64,000 nt of DNA from contig OZ241832.1 of NCBI GenBank assembly GCA_965202585.1, forward strand, positions 36,394,001 to 36,458,000. The letters run 5' to 3'. A model generated the notes under the pieces. That model was not told where the DNA came from and did no database searches. It was given only the letters and a program-made list of their open reading frames with translations. A program made the translations under genes and the position numbers. Position 1 is the stretch's first letter; each line of letters begins with the position of its first letter. This document shows, piece after piece, positions 36,532-51,900 of the stretch. This DNA comes from Thalia democratica. Taxonomy: Eukaryota.

Positions 36532-39500
36532 TTTTAAATCGCATTTGATTGTTTTTTCAACTGAACTTTTTGTCTGATCTAAACGTAAAATTAAACCTCG
36601 AACAAAAAATAAACTTTTTTTTTTTAATAATTTTCGTGTTTTCATTAAAATGAACAAGTTATAAAATCTCAAAAAAAATATGCTAATACATTTGCAATAA
36701 ATAACTGTCTGGGTAAATTTTAAAAAAAATCTTTCGCAGCTTTATGTATGGTTGGTCGGTGAGTGTGTACAAAAATAATGGATATAAACTTTTATTTCCC
36801 CGGTAAGTTAACGAGAGAAGCTTGTTGGAAAAAATAAACTACTAACTGTCAAGACGACATCTAGCGTACAAAAAATAAAGTGTCTTTGTTTTTATAAAAT
36901 TCTGTTAAAATTTCTATAGTTTTCTTATAACTTTTGACCTAGTGTACTTTGATGTAAATCAAGTTTTTAAACATAAAAAATACTTATGTTCAAAACAAGG
37001 TTATCTTACATTTAATTATGTGCAAATTTGTTTTTAATTTTAGTATGTTAAGTTAAATTGTTACTCCTTGTAAACAAGGCTATTTAAAAATACTGTTACA
37101 AAACTTGAACAAAATAAATTCATGAGATTTTATTTTCAGAACTTAATTTGTTTTTTAACTCTTTGCAGCATAAAAAAAAAAACTTAAGATTTACCTATAG
37201 ATATTTTTTACTTCATGATAGACATGCTTGTTTTTTTTCTTGTTCTTTTTTTACGTATTCGACCTGGTGTGTGATGAAATTTTCTTCTTATACGTTAAAG
37301 AAAAAAAAATCAGTATAAAGGTACATTAAAGCAGTCTTATTTGTCGCTCTGTTTTGTTTTAGTATTTTGTGCAGCTGATTTAGAACTTTTTAAAAACACT
37401 TCACAAAGATAAACTTAATGCTTAATAGTTTACTGAACACGATAAAAAAACCAACGCTAAAAAACTTGGTCAAAAGACTTGATGTTTTAAAAACGTTTTG
37501 GTCATCAAACTTCACACCACTTCATTAAACGCGTAATTAAATTAACTGCTATTAAAATTTATAATAATGTTTTTTACAAGTTATAAAGGTGTTTCAAAAC
37601 TTTGATTGGTTATTTTTTAAGAATAAAAGTTTCAAATGTTATCAAAAAAAAAAGTATAAACTTTTATTTAAATAATAAAAAAAGTAAAATAATATTGCAG
37701 AAAATATCTAGTAATTATGTGCAATGTAGCATACAATTGTAAAGTTTAACTCAATTTCTCAAACTCACTTATACTTTTTTAGTGCATATTTTTAATTTAT
37801 TTAAAAACTTTTTTTTTTATTTCCAATGGCTCTAAAAAGTTAAATATTATTTATTTTGCAATTGTAACTTTATTATCTAAAAGATTATTCTAATTTTTCC
37901 TAGTTTTAGAGTAAATAATGTTATTAGTCTAACAATAAAGTAATTTAAACTTTAACCAAATAAGATTTAACATTAATACTAAAGCTAACAAACGCTACAA
38001 AATGTTGTTTCCTGCAACATTGTTGTCGTGTATCGAGTTAATAAAAACTAAATGCTTTAGCAAACATTTGATAATCCTTTAGAGTACAAAAAGCTTTACT
38101 GTTTATAAAAATGCATGTTGTACTGAAATTTACGACAAATTTACTACAATGAGCTATTTCAGTGGTAGACCGGAAAAAGGCACGTTTAAAATTTAAACTG
38201 ATTTTATTTACATCCCATGCTTTATAAACGGAACCGTATTTATTTGCTTTAGCTACTCGTTTGAGCGCATTCTATGTGCTGATGTTCATGTCGTACAAAT
38301 TGTGATCACTTTATCCGTCTTATTTCGTTGCTTAAGTTTTTGTCTAAGCTGATTGCATAAGCAGTTTTTAAAGCTTAGACTATTTATCAAGATAAATGTT
38401 AAACAAGTTCATTCAAGGTTTCTTGAACTTAAAATAAAATTTTCAAACTTAAAATTCTTTTGTTCAGCCTTTGTTTTGTACTTTTCTATTTAACTAAAAA
38501 ACTTTTCTGAATTATCTAACAAAAAATTTAGTAAATTTTCAAAGTTCATTTATACATATATATATATATATGAAATAAACTAAAACATGGTGTTGATTTG
38601 TATTAGCAATGCTTGTGTCGTGATATGTTAGAAAAATTTTAGACATAGTTTATTAAAAAAAATTTAAGTTTCTTACATTTTACTAAATATAAAAGACAAC
38701 TTTTAAATATTTTTTTAGTTTAAAAAACAGTTCTACTTTGTTACAACTTTATATCATTAACACATACTAAGAAATCAATAACATGACCATTAAATTTAAC
38801 AAAGCTTGTCTAAATAGAATCAAAATTTTACACTTAACTTCGTAAAAAAAAAGCTATATCTCTATTTCAAAGCAGTTTTTACCATTGTTTAAAAATTCAA
38901 AACTAAATAAAACACTGAAAGCTCTAGTACGTTTTAAAACATATATAAACAAAGTTTACTAGCTTAAGTTCTGCTGCATTTCTTTTCACATGTTTTAAAA
39001 CTTCCTTATAAACTTTTGTTTATAATAAGACAAACTAACTGTTTTTTGCCTGTACATTCAGCAACACTAACTAAATTGAAAATTATTCTTTAAGTTTGAT
39101 AAAATATATTTTTAAAATAGTGTTACTATTACAAGGTTTTATTTTTGAGGGTTTTTTAGTATTGTGGTTGTTTTTTTTTATAGATTTTTGTTTACTTTGT
39201 AATTAAATTATATCTATTTAATTTACGTATTAAAAAAAAAATAAAATACTTTTACTGTAAGACTTAATCTATAATTCTAATACAGTTTACAAACTAACAC
39301 TGTAACTTTTCTAATGCTTAAAAGCTTATTTTCGAAACAAGAGTCTTAAATTTCTTCTGATGTGGGAAGCAAAAGTAAGTTAAGGTGGTTTCGTGTATTT
39401 AAATTACCACCCCAAGTTGGATTGAAGAAGATTAGAATATTTCAAGCAATTTGATGAAAGACTTGCAAAAATTCTGCATGTTTAAATGTTATATGAATTG

Positions 39501-40237
39501 ATAAACAACATAATGTTTTCTTCAGACACATGTTTTTATGACGACTTGTGTAAACAAAATAAAGCTGGTTTAAGTGTAATTTAAATCATTTACATACGAA
39601 ACTAAATTTTCAGCTTCATTTAAGAAAAAGATTTTTTTTAGTTTTTTAATATTCGGTTACTGTATTTTAAATGTAATAGAACTTTTGTCAAATTGATAAA
39701 GTCATTGATAATCCGTAAAAAACATAGTATAACGAACTTTTTAAATATTAAAAAATTTGTAAACGATATTTCTGTATAAACTAAAAATTACATATTGAAT
39801 TTATATTCTGCAAAGTAATTTTAAAAATAAGTTTTACTTCACATGTAAACTTAAATTAACAAAGTTCTATCATAAGCGAATTCCTTAAGTACGAAAACTG
39901 GTTTACTTATTAAAGATTGTATAAAATAAACACAATTATTTGTTTAGTTTTAAAGACATGTTTATATTAAATTTCTAAATATTTCAATATAAATACACGC
40001 CTCAACATTTGTCTTTAAATTTTAGCAAAAACCAGTTTAAGTTTGTATTAGTTGAAGGGAAATATAAATTATCTAAGAGTCATTCTTTAAAATTTTTCTA
40101 AATAATTAAGTTGCACAAAGTTTTACGACTATAAAAAAATTAAACTTTTCTTTTCTAAACTACAAGTTTTACCGATTGAAAACTACTTCATGTTTTTTTA
40201 ACCGTTTTATTTACATTGAAGTTACATCATATAACTT

Positions 40238-40426
40238 CGATCATAAGATTACAAGATTTTTGTGGACTGAGACCCGGGCTTCGTGATTGCCATTTGTCAT
40301 GGTAAAGCAAAATATACCGTTTGTAGGTTTACGACTGCAAGTTCTTTCGGTTACAACTGACTGACGAATTTAAATAAGAACAAAACCCGGGTTTCAGTCT
40401 ACCGAAAGCTTGTAGTCTGATGATCG
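40238..40426. mobile_element. MITE/foldback element, ~48-bp imperfect inverted arms
   Basis: Left arm cgatcataagattacaagatttttgtggactgagacccgggcttcg versus right arm (rc) cgatcatcagactacaagctttcggtagactgaaacccgggttttg; about 95-nt interior; no TSD found. Confidence 0.7.
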
Positions 40427-42956
40427 GATTGGTATAATCAAACCTTTATTTTAGCTTGAACTTGTCTAACGGCAAACGAAAGTCCAAGCTTAATCTCTCT
40501 ATTAGACTTTCGCCAATGGTTTCTTTAACTTTATATTTACTGTTATAAAGTCAGTACCTTTATTTCAGATAGTCAATTCGTGAAACTACGGTATGGTTCT
40601 GGTAATCTATATTTAGAGAAACTTATATAAAAACTATTGATAATTTATTAACTGATAAAATAATAACTCATTTAATCTCAAGTAAACTTAAAAGTATTTT
40701 TAGGTTAAAGTTTTTTGAAAATTTTTTAGTCATTATCATCTGTTGTTTTAGTTGTTTTTTATAAGCCTTAATGTACCAAAACTAAAAGTAATTTTTGTTA
40801 AATTTTATTAGACTAATATAGTACTAGTAGTTATAAAAAAGTTTGGTAAAAAAAACATTGAAACAGTATAGTCTAATAATGACCGTATATAAAATTATAT
40901 TATTTTGTATACATCAAACTAGACATTAAAAGGGGTTCAGTCAAATTTTACTGGTTGAAATATAAATTTGTTTCTGAAAAAGTCGTTTATGTAAGTTTTT
41001 ATAGCATAAGATTTAAATAACCTTGAAAAGTTTTATTATAACTTTTAAGTGAGTTTTTTAAAACGTTTTATCAACTAATATTGCCATATTGTTTGTACTG
41101 ACCTTTTATTGAATTTTGAACCTGTCTCATAAATACGTTTTAATAGTTCTATTTTTCAAAAGACTAGTTTGTCAAAGTTTCAATCTATCTTACTGATGTA
41201 AAGTTTTGTAAGACAACTTTGAAAAATCTCGCCTTCGCTTAACCTTAAAACCTATTAAACTTTCTTCATTGCAAGTAACAAACATTGCAAAATCAATATT
41301 TTAGTAACTGCTTACAATGAAACCGATCTTAAAATTAAAGTTTTACAATTAATTGATTCATTAAACAAAAGCTTATTTTAAAAAAATGTTTGTGCGAGCT
41401 TTATTAATTGATAGTATATCTTTTCGTATTCGGAATTGTTAAGCTAAACAATTGCTTTTGTTTAAACTAATGTTATTAAAACTACACTTTAAAACTTTTT
41501 TCAAACTTGTTTTAATTAAGTAAGTTAAGACGATCAAAATAGTATTGCCTTTAGATTTTTAAAATAAGTTTTTTAACAAAATTTTTAACATATATTTTTA
41601 AAATTACAATTAATCTATTTCAATATCACCAAAACAACTCATAAAAACGTTAATGTTTTTGTTCTTTTTTAGTTAAAATTTCTATACTTTTTTTTAGTTT
41701 TCTGCTAAAATTTTATTTAAGGATTTGCTTAAAATTTTATTGATGAGTCATTTCATTTTTTTTAAATAAATGATTAATAAAATATAATTTTGTGTTATAC
41801 ATACGACGTACATTCTTATACTATAAAAGAGCAAACAGGTGACTAAAATCCGTATAAAAAACGCTACTTTTGAAATAAGTCTTACAAAAGTAAAAGATTG
41901 TGTTATTTGTATGTTTCTAATTGTTTGTTATTTAAAATTTTATGAACATTTTAGCAATTAATAGGATGGAAAATGCGTAAAATCTCTTTATGGAATGTTT
42001 GATGACCCTTTAAAAATACTTTGTTCTTTATTTGAATTGTACTTTGTTCATAACTATATAATATGACGCAATACACTAATGTAATATTTTGTACAAGTTT
42101 TCATTTAACTTTTTTTTTTGTTTTAATAGCTAAGTTTTTATTCATAAGATAACTTTTATAGCTAAAAAAATGATAGTAGTACTAACTAATCACTTAAATT
42201 TTATGATGGTCATTCCATGTGTAATAATAAGTTGTAACTGTAATGTTTATTCGGTTGTATAAATATTTTACGAAAAACATAAAAATATATAAAATAATGA
42301 AGTTTTGTAGTTGAAAGCATGTTTTTACGAAATACTTTATTTTTTCTTGTAATGAAACTTACGTAATAATGTTATGTTCTTTAAAATAGAGTAAGTCATA
42401 AAATATCTAGAGTTCAATTAGATAATCGCTTAAAAAATAATAAGTATATTTAACTATATATTTTTTTAGTGATATTCAGATAACTTTGTTATCTATAGTT
42501 GGAATGTTTTTACTGTTTGCGGAAAAGCGTTTTAATCAGAAAAAAATCTTTTTCGATAATATTTTAACAAAGACAGTCTAAGTCTATTTTTACTTTAATG
42601 CACGTTTGAACAACCAAATGAAAAACATCAACTTAAAATTCATACCAGTAACAGATAGTTTAGCTTTATTTAACAACAAGTTGACTTATGATTTTCAATT
42701 TTAATTGTTTTCAATCTACTTGTCAAGTTATTTTTTTAAAGCATCGGCGAGCAAAGTGCGTATAGTTTAAAGTGTCATTACATGAGGTCTGAAGTGACAA
42801 TATCACCAATGATGGAATTGTAAACATTCTTACAAGTACTTTGAACAAGTATAGAGAAAATAATTTTAAATGTTAAATTGTTACAAAAAGACAAGTTGAC
42901 TCAAAGTGAAAATAGCTAATCCATATTTGCCTCTTTTTCTCAATTTTAACGTAGAC

Positions 42957-45900
42957 TTAAAAGTTCTTTTGTTGAATGTTCTCGTAAAAACTTTCAGATT
43001 CTTCTATTGTTTCCATTTGTAAATACTTTGTCTTTGGAAAACGGTAAACAATAAATGACGTCGTAAAACCTTAAAAATACAAGTTTAGTATTTTTAAAAG
43101 ATATTTACTTTAGTCTTAAATACAAAAAATATTATAATAATACTACTGCTTTTTTTTTTTTGCTTTTTTTTTGTAGTTTTTACACGTTTTTAATTGCCTT
43201 TAAAATTAATATAAACAGTATTAAGTTAAAAAAAAGATAAAGAAAAAGATTTAACATAATTTGCATAATTTAGACTTTTTTATGTTTTTTTTTTCTTATA
43301 AACCTTTTTTTAATATAACGCTGAGTTTAGAATATTTATTTAGCAGAAAACAACAGTATATTTTAAAATAAGTAGGTGTAAAAACAAAGCTATATAAATT
43401 AACACAAAATTTAAATACTCTGAGAGTTTATTTATTTTCTAAAAGTTTTCGTATTTTTGGGCAAGTTTTTCTATAAAAGTTTTTTACAGATTGATCATAA
43501 AAAATTTAATACTTTTTATTAATTCATTTCATAAATTGTAAACAACATTTATAATTTGTCATACATAAGTATATAGTTCAATTAAAAAATTTTAAAGTAC
43601 TTTTGTTCAAAGTAAATAATTTTTCTCAGTTTTTACAATATTCAAAATCAAATCTTTGAAATATTCTAAAACAGTAATAAACATTAGGTGAGACATATGT
43701 TTTTTACTAACTGCTAAGTAGTACAGATATAAAATAAAATTAACAAAAACAAAATTGTTAATACATTTACAACTTAAACTCATAAAACAAAATTAATAAT
43801 AGAATAAAAATATTTTAATTATTTTAATTTAAAAGCAATGTTTTCAATAAAACGCTATAAACAACAAAATTTATGGCCATAAATTCGAATGGACATTATA
43901 AAGCTGTTCTTAAGCTTCTTATTTACCAAGTAAAAATATAGAAGGTTTATAAGTAAAAAAATCTAAAATTTATTTTGTTTGAATTAATTTTATAGCAATT
44001 AAGTATGTACTTGATTTCTGTACGGTATAGGAATTTTTAATATTTTTTTTGTTCATAATTAAGTTTAAACAAAAACTTTTGAGTCCTTTAGGTAAAGACC
44101 TCATATTTAACAAAAATAAAAGTTGCATGGTTTACACGTTTGAATGCTGTTGCTTAAACAGTTACATTGGTCAAACCTCTAAACATCCTGAAACCAGAAT
44201 AAAAGAGTACATTACTAAAAGTGTAAGAGAACATGTTAAAAATCAGCCAATGACAATTAGTATAGCAACTTTAAATGCAATAAATATTTCTTCAATATCA
44301 GAAAATTTTGTCAAAAATCCAATTTGTGGAAAAAGTTATAATGAAACCAAATTTTAATATTGAGAAGTTTTAATAATATTTTTGACCTGATCAAAATTTA
44401 GCCATATGCATTCATGTTATATGTATATAAATAAACCAACGTTATGTAAACAGAAAAATTTTGGTTATCCATTATCCTTGTTTAGTTCATTAGTGCTCTC
44501 ATAAAATATTTAGTTATGTTTATTTAGAACTTTAATTACTTTTCTGTTTTGTTTTTTGCTGGATTCACTAATTTCTGATGCAATTATAAAGCTATATAAG
44601 TTTAAAATTTTCTTTATTTTCTTACAGTTGTATCACATTGATGAAAATTTGTTGAAATGTATTTGTTTTGAATAAAAGACCTTGTTTGTTTTTGAAAGTT
44701 TTTAATTCAAACTAAAAAACCTTTTACTAAATTGTAAGTCACAAATTGTAAGTTGTTTTTAACTATAGATTTTTTTTCTTAGTGTAGTTTTTCTTGACAG
44801 CTAATAAACTAAAGTAATGTAAAAACAAAAAATTAAACTAACAAGTTTTAAGAGTATTTAAAAACTTACCCAAAATTGTTACTGCGCTATAAAACATCCA
44901 AGGATATTCTAAGGTATCAATATTAACATACAACATAAATATACCTCCAAGTCTGACCATAATGCTACCGATTGATAAACCTGTGCACCTAAAATGTGGA
45001 ATTATTAAAAAGTTTTTAGTTCTAAGTAATGAAAAAAAATGTGTTTTATAAAATAAAAACTTAAAACACTGGTACTTAGACACTTTCTTGTTACTCGTCA
45101 ATAAAGTTTAGATGACCTCATAATACATTGAAGATGTTATACAACAAAAAGTAGTTTATTTTGCAACGTAGAATTTTTTTTTTGCTTATGTCTGAGTTTA
45201 AAATCTTTTTTAGATAAAGTTTTTGTCTATAAAAAAAAATAAATGACTTTAACTTTTTAGCTTATTTAAAAAAAAAGGTAGAATGTTTAGTTCTTATTTA
45301 CTACCGAAGACTAATACAACCGTTGTTGTTCACAAACTTAACTATTTTAAACTTTAAAAGTCATAAGCTGTTTGATGATCTTATACTGGTTAAAAAAAAG
45401 TCTACAGTCAAAACTAAATTTTGCTGTTTACGCTGCAAAATTACAAACTTACTGATACCTTGTAGCTGTGGGATAAAGTTCCATTGTCACAATGTATATG
45501 CATGCAAACACTTGGTTTGCCGTGAAATGTGATGTTATGCTAAAACCCTTTGCAACGAAATAAGTAGCTGTTTCAAATGTTATTTAGAGTATTTTTAAAA
45601 CATTTTATTGCACAAAAACACTTTATAGTCTTTATTGACCGATACCATAACACTAAAACATGTAATATGTCTATATATACTTAAAATATAACACAATCGT
45701 AAAGCTAGAACAAATATTATCATATGTATGTGTTAAAGTAGGGGTGGGCAACGTACGGCCCGCAGAGTGAAAATGACCGGCCCCGACCGTTTTTTAAACT
45801 TTAATGGGATACGGCCCCTAAATGAAAATTACTGGCCTGCTAGCAAATTTACAGGCCCGCAAAGAGTCAGTATTACAACATTTGTATAAAACTTTGTATC

Positions 45901-48900
45901 ATATTTTTACAAAACAAAACTGTAGGAATTTGACTTCAAAAACATGCTAAAAAATTACTTTATAAATTAATGTGTACTAATATATACACTATTTCGTCCT
46001 AATACTTTGTGTTGTTCAAACTTAGTTGGAATATCTATTGTAAAATTACCCCAAGCAAAGTGTTTTTTTTACATATGTACCTTTGTTAATTACAATCTCA
46101 ATTCTATTTATAGACATTATTTAAACATCTGACATGTCTCAATCTACATCTTAAGTTGTCAGACTTAAGAAAGTATTTTGAATTTGAAGGATTTAAAAAA
46201 GTGATCAACTGTATCCATAAAGTTAGATTCCGGCCGGATCCGAAACTTTTATTTACATTAAAATCCGACCGGATCCGTATCTCGACTTAAAATTAGTTTT
46301 TAGTCGGATTCGGATCTAAAAATTCATTATTCGGCTAGATCCGGTAAATCACTAGTTCAAAATGCTCCGGCCCGCAAAAGACTAAACTTTTCCGGATCCG
46401 GCCCGTTGATATAAAAACGTTGCCAACCCCTATGTTAAAGCATGCTGTAAGTAGGATATTATAAAGAATTCTGTTTATATTATGTGTATTTATCGCAACT
46501 TTACTACTACTTTTTATATCAAATAAAATAAAGTCCACTATTTCCAACTGATGTCGTAAATAGGAATTACAACATTAAACACTTTACAAATGTAAAAAAA
46601 TGGCTTATTTATTTTAATCTTATCACAACTACTTTTTTTAGTCAAAAATTACTTACGTTATATACTAAACCTTTAACACTTTACATAAAATATTTAGTAG
46701 AGGTTTAATGTGAGGCTTATATATTAAAGTTTTTTTAACTAAGCTAAAGTAACGAATTTTTAGATGTAAAGGTGATACTTATTCACTTAACAAGAAATTA
46801 ATACCTTATCAACATAATTTTTTTGAATATACTAAGTAGAAATGAAAACTAAATAAATTCCAAACTTCAATAAAAAGTAAAAGAGTCTTTCAACTTGTAA
46901 AAACCTTTAATTTAGACTTAAGCTTATTTTCTAAATCTTTAACAAAAGTTATGTATAGTTTTTGATCTTAAAAGCTTCTTATGCTCAAATTAGCGCATTT
47001 TCAATTTATTTTTACATAAAGAACTTTTATATTCACTATTTATTTTATTATTGCTAGCAAGCATCATTAAAAAAATAAAGTCAATTAAACTGAAACAACA
47101 GTATTTACTTCTTAGCAGTGGTTAAAAAATATACTTAAAAACCATACTTGAACTGAACTCGGAGAAACTTTTTATAACAGCTGAAGCCAAAAGAAACAGA
47201 TTAGAGATTATACAACCAAATACCAGCACATTTCTGTGTTCAAAAAAATGCATCTGAACACCTAGTACGATTATAGAAACCAGATCTACAGCTGCCTCTG
47301 CAATAGGTTGATTTTTTTTTTAATTTTAATTACTTGAAAACAATTTTACTTTTTTTTAGAATTAAATGTTTAATGCCCAGTAAACTTACGCACTTAGTAT
47401 TTGGTCAGTATAGTAATAATCTGAGTAATTTCCAGCAAGCTTTAGAGAACTTCTATACGTTAACATAATTGAAATCCTGTATGAACTGACGTTTAATATA
47501 ATTGAAGGAAAAACAAAAAAATAAAGTTTAACCAAGTTGTCATGAGAAGAAAAGTTAGCTTTCTTATGTTTCTGTCCCTGAATATGGCGTAGATTGTGTA
47601 AAATTGTTCCTTTATAAGCTAAAAAAGTATGTTTTTACACAACAAGTTTTGATACTCTTATAACAATAATTAAATTACAGCTTTTTTTCGAATAATAAGA
47701 AAAAACTTTCGCGCTATCGCAAATTTGTTTTAACTTACATTTTGACCAAAAACTTTTGCTGTTTGAGAACTCTTCCAAATGTCTAATGGTAGTTTTTTAT
47801 TATTTAACCTTGCCATTAGTCTAATAACCTACAAAAAAAAAGTATTTGTAGTTAAATATATAGAACTAACTTAACAAGGGTAAGTTTTAGAAAGTATATG
47901 AAATTTAAAAATTGAAAAGATCCTGTTTAATTTCGTTTCCAATATGTTTTTAAATAAAATTACTAGAATTTCGTTTTTCTAAAATTAAAAATCATCCAAA
48001 CTCATTTTTAGTATCTTACTAAAAAGATTTTGTTACAAAATTATTTTTGTCATTAAAAAACTCGTGTAGCTCAAAAATCTAAACAAGCCTAATGTTAAAA
48101 CAGCTTAAATTCGGGATATTTTTTCAATAAACTTAGTTATTAGTCACTAAGGGTAACTAATGTATACGAGGCCAAAGTAAAAGACGGATTTTCGTCTCAA
48201 TATCTCAATACAAGGTTTGTAAACTGAAGTTTATAACTATAGTCTTTTTTACCCTAAAAAGTATTCTTTAATGTCTCATTACTAATAAGCAATAAAATTA
48301 AAATCTTTAAACTTTGTTACTAGTTTATTATAGCATATATTCAAGTTCAACAGAATTAAAAAACATTGTTTCTGTATATTTAGCAAATGGTAGATTCTTT
48401 AAAAATTCAAAGTGTTGGTGTTTATAAATTGTCGCAATTCAGTAATTTTATTTGACTTTTTTTGATGATAATAATCTACAAATTTGAAGATATTTTTCAT
48501 TTAACCCTAAAAAATATATAGATCTCCTATTCTTAATTAAGTTTCTAGGCAGTATTTCCTTTTTAATATTTAAGGTTCATTTCACTTATGGTAATAATTT
48601 TACTAGAAATTGTAGAAATATAAAATGTTCTAACTTTATTTACTTTTTTGTCGAACAGAATACATTATTTTTTTTTGTTTAATTTTATACTTAATTTTAG
48701 CCTTTTATATTGTAATACTAGTAATTATCGTAACTACTACAGTTCTCAAAATAGTTTTATAAGTCTTTTAAGCAGGGTCGGCAAACTGCGGCCTTTAGGC
48801 CATATAAATGCTTTCAAGCAAATATTACTGGACAGTGTCTTACCTTTTGACTAAAACACATTTTATATAGAAAATGCAAGTTTTATCTATTAGCTTTAGA

Positions 48901-51900
48901 TCAAAATTAAGTTCTATCAAGTAAAATTTTAGAAACATGATAAAAAATTTCAAAATGTCTTTTAACAACGCTATACATAACCTTAAACTTTAAAATCTTG
49001 TTCAGAGTTTTTTTTTGAACCTAAAAGTAAGAAAACAAGTAAAATTGATTTTTTATCGTTTATAAAACAAAAAAGTTTACCTTTTTACCAGCAGTTGTTT
49101 TTTCTTTCAAAAACAGCCATCTTGGACATTCGGGTAAAATGAGAGTTAAAAAAGCAACCGGAGTAATTGCCAACATGCATTTCAGCTTTTTTAAATTTCA
49201 ATATAAGCTTATTGTATACAAAATAATATCTAATGAAGCAAAATAACAAAACTGTACTTTGTTCTGGTAATCAAAAAGTAAATGTTTATATATAAGGGGG
49301 CTCATAGAAAATTAAAGAAGATCATTTAAACTAACTTATTTGACGGTTTCAAAAAGTAGGTAAAACTAAGTTAAACTTTTATTAAAAATTAATTTTTAAT
49401 GGCATCAATTAATTAAATGAATTTAAAAAGTTTTTTTTTAATTAAATACTAGTTTACTTAAAACCTTTGATATTGCTATATAACTGAAAAAGTTTTACTA
49501 CTAAAATATTCATAGAAAATTTAAATATTTGATATCTTTTCTTTAAAAAAATTGTTGCAATTATATCTTTTAATATTAAGAACTCAAGCTGTTTAAGTTT
49601 AGTAACACACATATATAGTACGCCAGTGTTTGTTCTTCCATGATATGTAAGCTTTCAGGATTTGAGCTAACGGGTAAATGCAATTCGACAATATCAAGTA
49701 CACAAGACGATTTTCAACATTTGCCAACTCAATTGCTAAAAATATGAAAACTATAACAAACTAAAGTTTTCTAATAGTTATATCTTGTTCAAGTAAGTAG
49801 TATATTGCGGTCTCTTCATATAAAACTAGAAAGGTATGAAAAATTATTTTTAAAGCCTTAGTACATACTTATATTTATGTTTTTTTCGAACTAAAATTTT
49901 ACTTAGTATTAATACCTATATTCATTTTTGAAGCTTTAACTTTTATTTTTATGTAAAATATTAAATTAAGTATAAAAAAAAAACTTTTTGTAGCTTACCG
50001 TACACAAAACTGATTAAGTAGACTCCATGGTCAAACGCTTTTGCCAATTCATTACAAATTAAAAATCCGGAAAAATAAATTGTTTTGCTATTCCAAACAA
50101 AAAAGCTACAAACTATTGAAACTGTAGATGCAAAAAACAACAAGTACTTTCTTCCCTGCCTAAAATGTTTTTAAATTTTTAATCATTTTGTCCAAAGTAC
50201 TTATCTATCATCAAATGTTGATTTATTTTAGACATAAGTTACCATAACAATTTTATTAAGCTGTTTTAAAGCCTTTAAACTTCATAAATAGCAAACAAAG
50301 CTCTAAAATTTAAAACTGATAGATAAACTAACTGTTTTTTACCAATCAAAAATAGGTAGTATTTTTTGTTGTAGCATTAAACAGGTTATCAGCTAAATAT
50401 GAAAGAATTAAAATGTTGCAGAATTTAACATTGATATTTTTTCTGAACAAATCAAATATAAAAATTTCATATCTGTTCTACTTACTGGTCAGCAGCACTA
50501 CCAATAACAATTGCTCCAGCAATGCTTGCCAGGTATCTTCCTCTTTCAAACGTGCTCGTGTCATAAATTTCTTTTTCACAAACATAGTCAAACTAAAGTT
50601 ATTTAATCATGTGTTGGAATTTAATTGCAAACTTTTGTTAAGTCTTAGACAACTTTGGTTTAAACCTTTTTAGTTTTAAAATAAATTGGAGGCTCTTTTT
50701 TTGCTTTAATGCTTAACAGCTAGCTAACCTCAGTTATTACAGTTTCTGTGAAAACAGATGTGTCGTAATGATACTTGTCATTGCAATTTACAATTTCTGC
50801 TGAAGTGTTTACACAGCCGAGGCTGCCATTCACACATTCAGACAAGTTGAAGCCGTACCTTTTTGATTGAAAAAACAGTAGTTTCAATAGTACTTCCATA
50901 TAGTTTTTTTTTTTGTTACAAAGACAGTTTCTTAGCTAGTTAGTTGTAATAAATGATAAAGTGTTAGTTCTAGTTAGTTTGAAAAAATAAAAACAAAAAT
51001 AAGTAGTCAATTTCAGTCATCAAAGTAGAAAAAAAAGTTCAAAATACAGAGATATATCTTAAAAACAAAAGTTTGACCAATTCGTTTTGTTTGTAATAAA
51101 ACACAAACATTAAAAAAAATTACTTTAGTTAAGCAGCAAAGTTGAATTCTTACAATATTTTCTTTAAAAAAATCGAAAAGGTTAAATTCTTTTTTTAATA
51201 TGTTGTTTTTTTTTGTAATTTAATTCTGTAAAAAATCATTTCTCTGTTTTCATAGTTTTAATAAACAGCTAGCTTTTTATCATTAAACTTTATAACAAAT
51301 TTTCTTACTATAACTAAACATTCTAAAGTAATATTGATTTTTAAATAAATAATTTTATGCAACACAACTACTCTACCTATGACATCTATCATAATTTCCT
51401 TGATTATCAACCGGTGTAGTTAGTTTTAAAATTGTTTCCTCGTCTGCAATATATTCATCTAGAGGAGAGACATCGCATCTTTAATTTTTATTCACTCAAT
51501 ACTAATTATATTACATTTATTAAGAAAGTAATTTATAGTAAAAAAAGTTATCTTTTAATTAGAAAAAATTAAAGCCATAAAACATTTGCTACTATTAATC
51601 TTTTACCAAGTTTTTTTTTCTATTTTTCTTTGAAATTTAACTTATTATATTTGGTAAAGCAAACAAAACTAAATATTTTTTTGTTCTTATTTTAAAATCT
51701 TTTTGCAATGCAAAAAGTCGTAAAAAAAAGTTTTAAGTCATTTGTAAAAGTTTGTTTCAGTTTAATCTTATATTTTTGTAATTATTAAATAATGTTTTTT
51801 TTTTCAGTTACAAAACAGTTATACATTATTTACGTAACCAATCTTACAATTTTGATATTTTGTTCTTGTTAGTTTTTTGACATTCAAAGTTTATTTAAAA

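Noticed and set aside
46335-46547. ORF initially considered as the SLC22 TM10 exon
   Set aside because: Phase-incompatible and runs into the hAT MITE; the true exon is 45459-45567 (ELYPTATR).
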